Shown: positions 50,848 to 59,640 of the stretch, one piece after another | Numbering within the stretch: the first letter of the stretch is position 1 | Layout of the letters: every line of letters begins with the position of its first letter | From: Gemmatimonas sp. | Lineage (GTDB): Bacteria; Gemmatimonadota; Gemmatimonadetes; Gemmatimonadales; Gemmatimonadaceae | NCBI GenBank assembly: GCA_965279375.1 | Contig: OZ257156.1 | Coordinates: 4,384,001-4,448,000 of the forward strand | Direction of reading: 5' to 3' | Length of the DNA stretch: 64,000 nucleotides | Notes under the pieces: model-generated | Told to the model about the DNA's origin: nothing | What the model saw: the letters and a program-made list of their open reading frames with translations, nothing else | Database searches by the model: none | Position numbers and translations under genes: made by a program

Positions 50848-51876
50848 GTGGTCTCCGCCGTCCTGCAAACCAGCTTTCTTGGGGACATGATCCTCACCAC
50901 GCCCCTGCTCGCGCGACTCGCCGAGCGGGGGCGTGTTGTCGTGGTGGCCACGCCGGCTAACGCAGCGTTGCTGACGAATCATCCGGCGGTGTCGGATGTC
51001 ATCGTCTTCGACAAGCGCGGAGCAGATCGCGGGGTGGGCGGCGTACTGCGCGTGGCGCGAGCGTTGCGCGCGACGGGTGCGGAGCGCGCGTACATCGCGC
51101 AAGGCTCGATGCGCACGGCGGCCCTCGCTCGACTGGCCGGCATTCGGGAGCGCGTGGGCTTCGAGACATCACCGGGGCGCGTGCTGTACTCCGCGCGCGT
51201 GCCCTTCCGCCGCGAGCTGCATCACGCACAGCGTTTGTGGCAGCTGGCGTCGGCGCGCGACGACGCGAGCGCGCCGCGCGTGCGTCCGTCGCTGTTTCCG
51301 AGTCACGGTGATCGGATGTCGGTATCGCGCTTGCTGGAAGCGCACGCGATCGACGCGACCACGCCGTTTGTCGTGTTGGCCCCCGGGAGCGTGTGGGCCA
51401 CCAAACGCTGGCCATCGTTCGACGCGCTGGCAGCGGCGTTGGCGTTGCACCCAGCACTGCAGGAGCATCGCGTCGTCGTGATCGGCGCAGCGGGCGACGC
51501 ACCGCTCGCACGGGCGATTGGCGAGTCGTTGGCAGCGGCCGGTGCGCCTCCGGCGGTTGATGCGACCGGCAAGCTGTCGCTGCTGGGCTCCGCCGCGCTG
51601 CTCAGCCGCGCGCGCGGGCTGGTGACCAACGACTCCGCGCCGCTACATCTCGCCTCGGCGATGGATACGCCCACCGTCGCGCTGTTTGGGCCGACGATTC
51701 CAGCCTTTGGCTTTGGGCCGCTGGCATCGCGCACGAGCGTCTTCGAACAGACCACGCTCGAATGTCGGCCGTGCCATGCGCATGGTCCGCAGCGCTGCCC
51801 GTTGGAGCACTGGCGGTGCATGCGCGATAGCAGCGCCGATCAGGTTGCCTCAGCGCTGGTGGCGCTCACGCGCTGA
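50848..51876 (+). CDS. waaF: GT9 LPS heptosyltransferase (WaaF-like)
   Basis: LGDMILTTP, APGSVWATKRW, TNDSAPLHLA, LFGPT. Confidence 0.85.
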   Translation: MVSAVLQTSFLGDMILTTPLLARLAERGRVVVVATPANAALLTNHPAVSDVIVFDKRGADRGVGGVLRVARALRATGAERAYIAQGSMRTAALARLAGIRERVGFETSPGRVLYSARVPFRRELHHAQRLWQLASARDDASAPRVRPSLFPSHGDRMSVSRLLEAHAIDATTPFVVLAPGSVWATKRWPSFDALAAALALHPALQEHRVVVIGAAGDAPLARAIGESLAAAGAPPAVDATGKLSLLGSAALLSRARGLVTNDSAPLHLASAMDTPTVALFGPTIPAFGFGPLASRTSVFEQTTLECRPCHAHGPQRCPLEHWRCMRDSSADQVASALVALTR

Positions 51877-51891
51877 GGCCGCGCTGGGCGA

Positions 51892-53058
51892 TCAGTACCT
51901 GAACGCCGATCTGAGTCGCTGCCACCACTGCTCGTCGAACGCCGACGCCGCCGCCGGGTTGCCGCCGTTCGGATCGGCTTCCTCGCCGTGTCGCACGACC
52001 ACGAGTTCGAGGCTCGGGATCACGTAGATCTTCTTGTCGCCCTTGCCGAGCGCAGCGACGAGATCGCGCGGTGCAGAGGGAAAGAGCGAGCCTTGCTGCG
52101 TCGGCAAGATATACGGTCCTGGGAGGCGGTACGTGCTGCTGCCGTTGAGCCACCACAGGTAGCCGTAGCCCGCGTTATCCGGTGGGGCCTGACGCCACGC
52201 CGTCGCGAACCAGGCGCTGTCGGCGAGGATCTGCGTGCCGTTCCATCGTCCACGATTGAGCGCGAGCAGGCCGTAGCGCGCCATGTCGCGCGCGCTGCAA
52301 CTCAGGATCAGCCCCGGCTCGCCCATGTCGATGTTCAGACGCCAGTTGGCCGTAGCCATGCCGATGCGGTCGAAGAGCAGCGCCTTCGACGCTGCCGTCA
52401 CTGACTGTCCCGAGGCCTCGGACACGACGCCGAAGAGCTGGTAGTAGGCGGGATTGTTGTAGTAGAACCGGTTGCCGGGAAGCGCGACGAACTTGAGCGA
52501 ATCGTCGAGGCCGAAGCTCATGCTGAGCAGGTGTCGCACGGTGATGCGCGCTTCGGTGCTGGGGCTACGCGACCAGCCCGTGCCTAGATATTTCGCGGCG
52601 CTGCTGTCGAGCGAGATGCGTCCCTGTCGTGCGAGCTCTCCCACGAGCGAGCTCACTACCGACTTGCCGGCCGAAGCGATGATCGAGTCCTTCGTCGCGG
52701 TCCAGCCGTTCCAGTATCGCTCCGCGACGATCCGTCCGCGCCAGAGCACCACCACCGCTGTCGAACGTTGCGTGCCGGCCCAATCGAGCGCCGAGCGCAG
52801 GGCCGCGGTGTCGAAGCCCAGACGCGCCGGTGCAATCGTGTCCCAGCTCGCGTCGCCGAGCGGTGGGAAGTAGGCCGGCAGCGTTCGAGGATCGACGGGC
52901 GTTGGCGTTGGGGTGGTTGGGGTGCTGGGCGTCGTCGGAGTGGTCGGCGGTGTGACCGGCGCGCTGGTGGGCGTTTCACCGCGGCAGGCGACGAGCAGGG
53001 CGACCCCAAAGGGCGCGAGGGCGCGGAGGGCGAGGCGGAGGCTATGGGAGCGGCGCAT
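51892..53058 (-). CDS. Serine hydrolase (beta-lactamase/AmpC-like fold) lipoprotein
   Basis: LVAC lipobox; PT-rich linker; SAGK (SxxK); YNN; LVVVR. Confidence 0.88.
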   Translation of the reverse strand: MRRSHSLRLALRALAPFGVALLVACRGETPTSAPVTPPTTPTTPSTPTTPTPTPVDPRTLPAYFPPLGDASWDTIAPARLGFDTAALRSALDWAGTQRSTAVVVLWRGRIVAERYWNGWTATKDSIIASAGKSVVSSLVGELARQGRISLDSSAAKYLGTGWSRSPSTEARITVRHLLSMSFGLDDSLKFVALPGNRFYYNNPAYYQLFGVVSEASGQSVTAASKALLFDRIGMATANWRLNIDMGEPGLILSCSARDMARYGLLALNRGRWNGTQILADSAWFATAWRQAPPDNAGYGYLWWLNGSSTYRLPGPYILPTQQGSLFPSAPRDLVAALGKGDKKIYVIPSLELVVVRHGEEADPNGGNPAAASAFDEQWWQRLRSAFRY

Positions 53059-53152
53059 GCCCCAGTGGACGACCCGGTCGCGAGCGCGTTAACGGTCCGT
53101 TCCGCGTGGGTCCGCTGGCGTCACAGGCGACCGACGGCATTATGTTTGCCCC

Positions 53153-54139
53153 ATGCCTCATAACTCACTCTTTGTCGGCGTCGATCTGGGCGGCACGAAC
53201 ATCGTCGTCGGCGCGATGTCGGACGACGGTTCCCACCAGTTCGGCATGCACAGCGAGCCCACCCGCTCCGAGGAGGGCGCGGAGGGTGTCATCGCCCGGA
53301 TGGCGCGCATGGTGGAAGCCACCATCACCACGGCGATGCGCGAAACGGGCGCTGAGCGCAGCGCCTTCAAGGGCGTGGGTATCGGCGCGCCGGGTCCACT
53401 CGATCGCGCCAAGGGGATCGTGAAGGTCGCGCCGAACCTCAAGTGGAACGACGTCCCGCTGCGCGACCGCATGACGGAGCTGACCGGACTTCCCGCCGCC
53501 ATCGACAACGACGCGAATTGCGCGACGTATGGCGAGTGGTGGATCGGTGCAGCGCGCGGTGGACGCAATGTTGTGGGCATCACGATCGGCACGGGGATCG
53601 GCGGCGGACTGATCCTCGACGGCCAGCTGTATCACGGTTCGAGCGACATGGCCGGCGAACTTGGCCACATCACGATCGACCAGAACGGTCGTCGCTGCGG
53701 CTGCGGCAACTACGGCTGCCTCGAAGCGTATGCGTCCGGTCCGGCCATCGCCGAGCGTGCACGCGAAGCGCTGGCGTCGGATGGCAGCTCGATTCTGCTG
53801 TCGCTGGTGGACGGCGATGCGTCGCGCATCACGGCGCAGTCGGTGTACGACGCGTCGGCGCGCGGCGATGCGGTGGCGAGGGATGTGGTGCGCGACACGG
53901 CGCGCTTTCTGGGCATGGGCATCGCCAACCTGCTCAACATTTTCAATCCCGACGTCGTCGTGGTCGCGGGTGGCGTGACGCAGGCCGGCGACGCGCTCTT
54001 CGAGCCGATGCGCGCAGAAGTGCGTCGTCGTGCGTTCCGTCCAGCCGTCGAGGCGTGCCGGATCGTGCCCGGCGAATTGCCCGGCAATGCGGGCGTCGTG
54101 GGCGCGGTGGCGGCCTTCCGAGCGCAGATGGTCTCGTGA
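53153..54139 (+). CDS. ROK-family sugar kinase (glucokinase-like)
   Basis: GVDLGGT, NDANCA, GTGIGGG, GELGH, CGCGNYGCLE. Confidence 0.93.
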   Translation: MPHNSLFVGVDLGGTNIVVGAMSDDGSHQFGMHSEPTRSEEGAEGVIARMARMVEATITTAMRETGAERSAFKGVGIGAPGPLDRAKGIVKVAPNLKWNDVPLRDRMTELTGLPAAIDNDANCATYGEWWIGAARGGRNVVGITIGTGIGGGLILDGQLYHGSSDMAGELGHITIDQNGRRCGCGNYGCLEAYASGPAIAERAREALASDGSSILLSLVDGDASRITAQSVYDASARGDAVARDVVRDTARFLGMGIANLLNIFNPDVVVVAGGVTQAGDALFEPMRAEVRRRAFRPAVEACRIVPGELPGNAGVVGAVAAFRAQMVS

Positions 54140-55194
54140 CGACTGCGGTGCCGGAGCAAGCGACGGCGGAGGTCACGCCGCCGCGACGTCGTCGGGTGGG
54201 CGTGATCGGCAGCATGTGTTGGGATGTGATCCACGGTCGGGACAAGCGCGAAGTGCCCATCGAGGAATGGGGGGGCATTTCGTATTCGCTCTCGGGACTC
54301 GATGCCGCGCTCACCGACGACTGGGAAATCGTTCCGCTCATCAAGGTCGGCGACGATCTGGTGGACAAGGCACGCGCCTACATCCGGCAGTTGCGTCACA
54401 TCGCGCCCGACGCCGAACTGATCGCGGTTCCCTACCCCAACAATCGCGTCGAGCTGCGCTATCTCGACGATGAACGGCGCAGCGAGATTCTCTCGGGTGG
54501 CGTGCCCGCGTGGACGTGGGTGGCGCTCAAGCCGGTGCTCGATGCGGCGCGACTCGATGCGCTCTACATCAACTTTCTGAGTGGCTGGGAGCTCGATCTG
54601 CCCACCACGCAGATGGTGCGGGCGCACTTCGCGGGGCCGATCTACTGCGATCTGCACATGAAGATCTTTGCCGTGCAGCCCGATGGTCTGCGCGTCATGC
54701 GGCCGCTGCCGAACGTGGCAGAGTGGTGCGCCTGCTTCGATGTGCTACAGGTGAACGAAGACGAGATGAGCATGATGGCGCCCGATCCGATGGCGCTCGC
54801 GGCGACGGCGATGGCGGCCGGCTGCTCGTGCTTGTGCGTCACGCTTGGCAAACGCGGTGCGGTGTACGTCGCCGCGCCCAATGTGGAAACACTGCGCGAC
54901 CTGCCATTGCGTGATGTACCGGGTGCGCTGTCGACGGGATCGCGCGGGAGCGCCGGTACACTTGGTGCTGTTCGTACGGCCATCATCCCCTCGGTACCAC
55001 CGCGCATCGATGGGCCCGGCGATCCCACCGGCTGTGGTGATGTGTGGGGTTCCACCCATTTCTCTCGACTGCTCGCGGGTGATAACTTTGCGGATGCGAT
55101 CGCGGCTGCGAATCGCGCGGCGTCGCGCAACGTGGAGCATCGCGGAGCGAGTGGGTTGGCGAATCATCTTCGAGGGGAGCTCAGCGCGTCGTGA
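54136..55194 (+). CDS. PfkB/ribokinase-family carbohydrate kinase
   Basis: NEDE, VTLGKRGA, DPTGCGD; GTGA overlap with the ROK gene. Confidence 0.85.
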   Translation: MTTAVPEQATAEVTPPRRRRVGVIGSMCWDVIHGRDKREVPIEEWGGISYSLSGLDAALTDDWEIVPLIKVGDDLVDKARAYIRQLRHIAPDAELIAVPYPNNRVELRYLDDERRSEILSGGVPAWTWVALKPVLDAARLDALYINFLSGWELDLPTTQMVRAHFAGPIYCDLHMKIFAVQPDGLRVMRPLPNVAEWCACFDVLQVNEDEMSMMAPDPMALAATAMAAGCSCLCVTLGKRGAVYVAAPNVETLRDLPLRDVPGALSTGSRGSAGTLGAVRTAIIPSVPPRIDGPGDPTGCGDVWGSTHFSRLLAGDNFADAIAAANRAASRNVEHRGASGLANHLRGELSAS

Positions 55195-56135
55195 CCACCG
55201 TCATCAGCGTGCCGCAGTCGCTCGACGAGCCAGCGTTCGAATACATCTTCGAGCAGCTCGCGGCCGTTCCGCTGGGCGCGAAGATTCTGGTGGACGCGCG
55301 TCACGCACGCTGGGCCTCGCCATACGGACTCACGGCGCTGCTGTGTGTGGCGCAGTCGCGAGAAGAGCGCATGAGCTTCGCGGTGCCGGAGAGTGCAGAC
55401 GTGCTGTCGTATTGGTCGCGTGCCGGATTCTTCCGCTACGCCTCCGAGCTGTACGAATTGCACGGTACGGTGCCGCGTCCGCGTGAAGCGCACGAGTCGG
55501 ATGTGCTGCTCGAGATCACGCCCATCGTGAAGACCGACGACGTGCACGGCGTGGTGGGTCGCATTCAGCAAAAGGCCGCGGACATTCTGCATGGCCAGTT
55601 GAATCTCGATACGGCCATCACCGGTGCGTTCGGCATGACGCTCAGCGAATCGTGTCAGAACATCGTCGAGCACGCGGGGCACGGCGGGTGGGTCGCGGTG
55701 CAGTCGTACAACTACACCAAGCGCCTTGGCCGACGCGTCGTGGTGATCGCGGTGTGCGATGCGGGAATCGGCTTTCGCAAATCCCTGGAGAGCGCGCCCG
55801 GACATCGGCACAGCGATCGGTGGGATGACGCGATGGCGCTCGAGGACGCCGTGCTGCGTGCCGTCAGCCGCTTTCGTCATGGCGACAAAGGGCGTGGGCA
55901 GGGGTTGGCCGGCATTCGTCGCTTCGTGGGGCGCTGGCACGGCAAGCTGACCGTGCGCAGCGGCACCGCGCGCATCGCGATTTCTCCGGGCTGGGACGAG
56001 GACGTACCGATGACCGAGTCGCTCCCCGAGTTCCCCGGCACGCAGATGCAGATCACGATCCCGGCCAAGATCGGCGAATCGGCGCCACAGGCCCGCACGG
56101 GTGCGAGCACGCGTCCTCGGCCGCGCACGCCATGA
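55191..56135 (+). CDS. STAS-like + HATPase (anti-sigma-factor-type Ser kinase) protein
   Basis: N-terminal ILVDARHARWASPYGL STAS-like segment; N-box ESCQNIVEH, G1 DAGIG, G2 GRGQGL, G3 GT; no H-box. Confidence 0.78.
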   Translation: MTTVISVPQSLDEPAFEYIFEQLAAVPLGAKILVDARHARWASPYGLTALLCVAQSREERMSFAVPESADVLSYWSRAGFFRYASELYELHGTVPRPREAHESDVLLEITPIVKTDDVHGVVGRIQQKAADILHGQLNLDTAITGAFGMTLSESCQNIVEHAGHGGWVAVQSYNYTKRLGRRVVVIAVCDAGIGFRKSLESAPGHRHSDRWDDAMALEDAVLRAVSRFRHGDKGRGQGLAGIRRFVGRWHGKLTVRSGTARIAISPGWDEDVPMTESLPEFPGTQMQITIPAKIGESAPQARTGASTRPRPRTP

Positions 56136-56145
56136 CGTGCTTCCT

Positions 56146-56703
56146 ATGAGCCTGGAAATCGACGTCAGCACCGTCCTGCGCGGCACGGTGTGCGACCTGT
56201 ACTCGAATCTCGTCACGCGTCCGACTGGCGCCGCCGTTCGGACCGCCATCGAGCGGCAGGTGTTTGAGATCGGAACGCCGGTTGTGACGACGATCGATTT
56301 TTCGCAGGTGAACCTGCTCGACTTTTCCTGCGCCGACGAGATCGTGGCCAAGCTGCTGCTCCGCTACATCGACAGCGACGGCCCCACGGGCTACCTGCTC
56401 TTCCGCGGCATCACCGAGGAACATCTCGATCCCATCGAGGTGGTACTGGAGCGGCACGCGCTGGCGTTGGTCGCCTTGTTCGACGGCATGGCCGAGTTGT
56501 ATGGCGTGGTGACCGAGGACGAACGGCTCCACTGGGAGGCGGTGCGCGACCACGGCCCTGTGACGACTGGCAACGTTGCGTCGTTGCTAGGGATCGAGCA
56601 CGACATCACCGCGCAGCACCTGGATCGCCTGCGGCAACGCCGGCTGTTGATGCATCACGCACACGGATTTGCGGTCCCTGGTACCGCCACGGAGGTCACA
56701 TGA
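56146..56703 (+). CDS. STAS-like (DUF4325-type) + C-terminal winged-HTH protein
   Basis: LVTRPTGAAVR, IDFSQVNLLDFSCADE; C-terminal HGPVTTGNVASLLGI...AQHLDRLRQRRLL helix-turn-helix; alternative start GTG 56137. Confidence 0.72.
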   Translation: MSLEIDVSTVLRGTVCDLYSNLVTRPTGAAVRTAIERQVFEIGTPVVTTIDFSQVNLLDFSCADEIVAKLLLRYIDSDGPTGYLLFRGITEEHLDPIEVVLERHALALVALFDGMAELYGVVTEDERLHWEAVRDHGPVTTGNVASLLGIEHDITAQHLDRLRQRRLLMHHAHGFAVPGTATEVT

Positions 56704-57029
56704 TTCCGACAGGCAAATCGAACCGGAACCCCAAGGGCTTCGGTAGTTACTCGCCGCCGCTGCTCGTCGCCGGTTTCATCTCCACGCGCAGCGGCGACGC
56801 TGAACGCGGGCCGCTGATCCGCATGCGCTCCGACGATGCCGCGTTGCGCCTCATCAGCGACCACGAGCTGGTTCGCATCGTGACCGATCGCCGTCAGGAG
56901 CTGGCTGAGCTGCGCCTCGATGACACGCTGCGTCGTGGCGAGGTGGTGTTGCGCGATGTGGTGGGTGCGTCGATCAGTGAGGTCATCCGCGTCGTCAAGC
57001 TGGATACCGACGCCGGCACGCGCGCGTGA
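56700..57029 (+). CDS. Stand-alone double-psi beta-barrel-like protein (molybdopterin-dinucleotide-binding / CDC48-N-like)
   Basis: IRMRSDDAALRLISDHELVRI...LRRGEVVL pattern; ATGA and GTGA overlaps on both sides. Confidence 0.55.
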   Translation: MIPTGKSNRNPKGFGSYSPPLLVAGFISTRSGDAERGPLIRMRSDDAALRLISDHELVRIVTDRRQELAELRLDDTLRRGEVVLRDVVGASISEVIRVVKLDTDAGTRA

Positions 57030-58069
57030 GCGAAGTCGGCGACGCCGTTCGCGGTGACGCTCGTGTGAACGCTCATGCCGATGCGCGTGCGACGGTGGCA
57101 GTACATGGCGGACGCGTCGAGCAGCGACTGGCGGCGCTGGAGCAGGCAGAAGCGGCGATCGTGCTGAGCAGTGGTATGGCCGCGTTGACGTGCACGATGC
57201 TGGCGCTGCTGCGTGCCGGCGATCATGTGGTGGCCGGCAGCTGGCTGCACGACGAGGCGCGCCGATTTTTCCAGCATGAACTGCCCAATCTTGGCATCGA
57301 CGTGACCTTCGTCGACCCCACGGAGGCGCGCGGCTGGCGCCGTGCGACTCGCGGCAACACGCGCCTGTTTTTCGTGTCATCGCCGGTCAATCCGACCACG
57401 CGCGTCGTCGATCTCAATCCCCCGCGCCTGCTCGCGCAGGAACTCGGCATCGCATTGGTGGTCGATGCCACGTTCGCCAGCCCGATCGCCTTCCGGCCGC
57501 TCGAGCAAGGCGCGGACGTGGTGATTCACTCGGGTGCGGTCTATTTGCACGGTGAGTTCGGGCTGCACGCCGGCGTCGTCTGTGGCGCGGAGGCGGTGAT
57601 CGACGAAGTGCAGGACAAGATGGCCGTCTGGGGACACGCCCCCGATCCCGTCACAGTGGATTCACTGGGCCGCAGTCTCAAGACGCTCGAGATTCGCGTG
57701 CGTCGGCAGTGCGAGAACGCCGCGCAGATTGCGCAGTGGGCCGAGGCTCGTCCACAGAGTGCGCGCGTGCTCTATCCCGGGCTCGCGTCACACCCGGATC
57801 ACGCGATCGCCTCCACCACACTCGACGCTTTTGGCAGCATGATTCTGATCGAGCTGGCCCCGCCGCTCTCTGCGGCCTCGCTCGTGTCGCAGCTGCGCCT
57901 GTTCCGCGACACGCCGACACTGGGCGGCGTGGACTCGCTGGCGTGTGCCATCAGCGAGCGGGCCGTGCGCCTGGCCGTTGGTGTGGAAGACGCGGGTGAC
58001 CTGATGCGGGATCTCGAGCAGGCCATCGAGCACGTAGTCGAGCACGCAGTCGAACGGACGTCGGAGTAG
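57026..58069 (+). CDS. Cys/Met metabolism PLP-fold protein, degenerate (no Schiff-base Lys)
   Basis: SSGMAA, PVNPT, VDATFASP, YPGLASHPDH, LGGVDSL, RLAVGVED; HSGAVY in place of HSxTKY. Confidence 0.8.
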   Translation: MSEVGDAVRGDARVNAHADARATVAVHGGRVEQRLAALEQAEAAIVLSSGMAALTCTMLALLRAGDHVVAGSWLHDEARRFFQHELPNLGIDVTFVDPTEARGWRRATRGNTRLFFVSSPVNPTTRVVDLNPPRLLAQELGIALVVDATFASPIAFRPLEQGADVVIHSGAVYLHGEFGLHAGVVCGAEAVIDEVQDKMAVWGHAPDPVTVDSLGRSLKTLEIRVRRQCENAAQIAQWAEARPQSARVLYPGLASHPDHAIASTTLDAFGSMILIELAPPLSAASLVSQLRLFRDTPTLGGVDSLACAISERAVRLAVGVEDAGDLMRDLEQAIEHVVEHAVERTSE

Positions 58070-58072
58070 CGC

Positions 58073-58783
58073 GTGGCGGGCATTCTTCGTCTCACCAGGG
58101 TGACCAAGGAGTATCCGCGGTCGGGTGTCGCGCTGCGCGATGTGTCGTTCGAATTGGCGAAGGGCGAGTTTCTCTTTCTCGCTGGCCACAGCGGCGCGGG
58201 CAAGAGCACGCTGCTCAAGCTGCTCTCCATGGCCGAACGCCCAACGATCGGGGAAGTGAAGATCTCCGGCTATTCGTCGGCGACGCTCAAGGACCGCGAG
58301 CTTCCCAAGCTGCGACGCAAACTGGGGATCGTCTTCCAGGATTTCCGTCTGCTCCCCGACCGCACGGCCGAACAAAACGTGGCCTTCGCGCTGGAAGTGA
58401 CGGGCGCGCCGCATGCATCCATCAGTCCCAAGGTTGCACGCTTGCTCACCCAAGTCGGACTCGCGTCCAAGGCGACTGCCTTTCCGCACGAGCTCTCCGG
58501 CGGTGAACAGCAACGCGTCGCGATTGCGCGAGCGCTGGCCAACGATCCGTTCGTGCTGCTGGCCGACGAGCCCACGGGCAATCTCGACGACCGCGCGACG
58601 CGTGGCATCTTCCAGCTGCTGCGCGAGATCAACGCCTCGGGTACGGCTGTGCTGATGGCGACGCACGACGTGTCGCTGATCGAGTGGAGCGGGCTGCGTT
58701 TTCTCGAACTGGACAAGGGCGAGCTCGCGTACGACGGTGACGATGCCGCGCGATTGGTGGCCGATCTCCGAGGCCGTCGATGA
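58073..58783 (+). CDS. ftsE: Cell division ATP-binding protein FtsE
   Basis: GHSGAGKS, VFQDFRLL, LSGGEQQR, ADEPTGNLD. Confidence 0.95.
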   Translation: MAGILRLTRVTKEYPRSGVALRDVSFELAKGEFLFLAGHSGAGKSTLLKLLSMAERPTIGEVKISGYSSATLKDRELPKLRRKLGIVFQDFRLLPDRTAEQNVAFALEVTGAPHASISPKVARLLTQVGLASKATAFPHELSGGEQQRVAIARALANDPFVLLADEPTGNLDDRATRGIFQLLREINASGTAVLMATHDVSLIEWSGLRFLELDKGELAYDGDDAARLVADLRGRR

Positions 58784-59640
58784 GGCTCGCCTGGCGCGAA
58801 GTCGTGCTCGCCTTTCGTCGCGCGCCGGTGTTGGCGCTATTGGGCATCACCACGATCGCCTTTTCGCTGTTCGCGTTCGGGTTGTTCGGGCTGGTGGCGA
58901 TCAACCTGCGCACGGCACTGCTGGAAGTTGAAGACCGCGTAGAGATCCGCGCGTTCCTCGTGGCGCGCGTCGGCGACGACATCGTCAGCGGTATAGTGCA
59001 GACGATGCAGAAGCAGCCGGAAGTGCTGGACGTGGGCTATGTGAGCCCGGACTCCGCGCTGCAGCGCGCGCGCAGCGAGCTGGCGGAGTTCCGCGACGTG
59101 ATGGACAGCTCGGTGCTGCCCGGGTCCATCGAAGTGCGCCTGCGCGCCGGCTCGCGCGATCCGCAAACGGTCAAGCGCATCTCCAACCGGCTGCAGGCGT
59201 TTCCGCAGGTGGAGGATGTGCGCTACGGTCGCGAATGGGTGGAGAAGCTGTATCGCATTCGCACGATAGCCGGCGTGGCCGGCACCGGACTCGCCGTGGT
59301 GTTCGCGATGGTGGCCGTGATCATCATCGGTGCCACCATCCGTATGGCCATTCTAGCGCGCACACGCGAGATCGAGATCATGCGCATGGTCGGCGCCACC
59401 AACGGCTTCGTGCGCTTGCCGTATCTGATCGACGGTCTGCTCAAAGGGCTCGCCGGCGGCGCCATCGCGGTCGGCATGGCGTACGCCGCCAACAGCGTGA
59501 TTTCGCGCTATCTAGTGGCCACTCAGTTCTTCACGCTCGAACAGATCGCGATGGGCGTGCTGGCAGGCGCCTGCATCGGATTTGTGGGCAGCTGGATTTC
59601 GGTGGGCCGCCAGCTGAAACAGGTCTGGCGCGACGCGTGA
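58780..59640 (+). CDS. ftsX: Cell division permease FtsX
   Basis: Four TMs; EIEIMRMVGAT..FVRLP; follows ftsE. Confidence 0.93.
   Translation: MRLAWREVVLAFRRAPVLALLGITTIAFSLFAFGLFGLVAINLRTALLEVEDRVEIRAFLVARVGDDIVSGIVQTMQKQPEVLDVGYVSPDSALQRARSELAEFRDVMDSSVLPGSIEVRLRAGSRDPQTVKRISNRLQAFPQVEDVRYGREWVEKLYRIRTIAGVAGTGLAVVFAMVAVIIIGATIRMAILARTREIEIMRMVGATNGFVRLPYLIDGLLKGLAGGAIAVGMAYAANSVISRYLVATQFFTLEQIAMGVLAGACIGFVGSWISVGRQLKQVWRDA

Noticed and set aside
51892..53058. Beta-lactam resistance gene
   Set aside because: The SxxK/YxN fold is shared by many esterases and peptidases; no class-specific evidence
53443..54135. Long N-terminal extensions in the ORF track (PfkB from 53443, envC from 59235, acvB from 4105, Rieske from 2310)
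   Set aside because: They overlap neighbouring genes; downstream starts with stop/start overlaps or signal peptides fit better
55191..56703. Anti-phage defence island
   Set aside because: No effector (nuclease, PIN, CBASS, RM) is adjacent and the context is housekeeping; kept only as a regulatory finding
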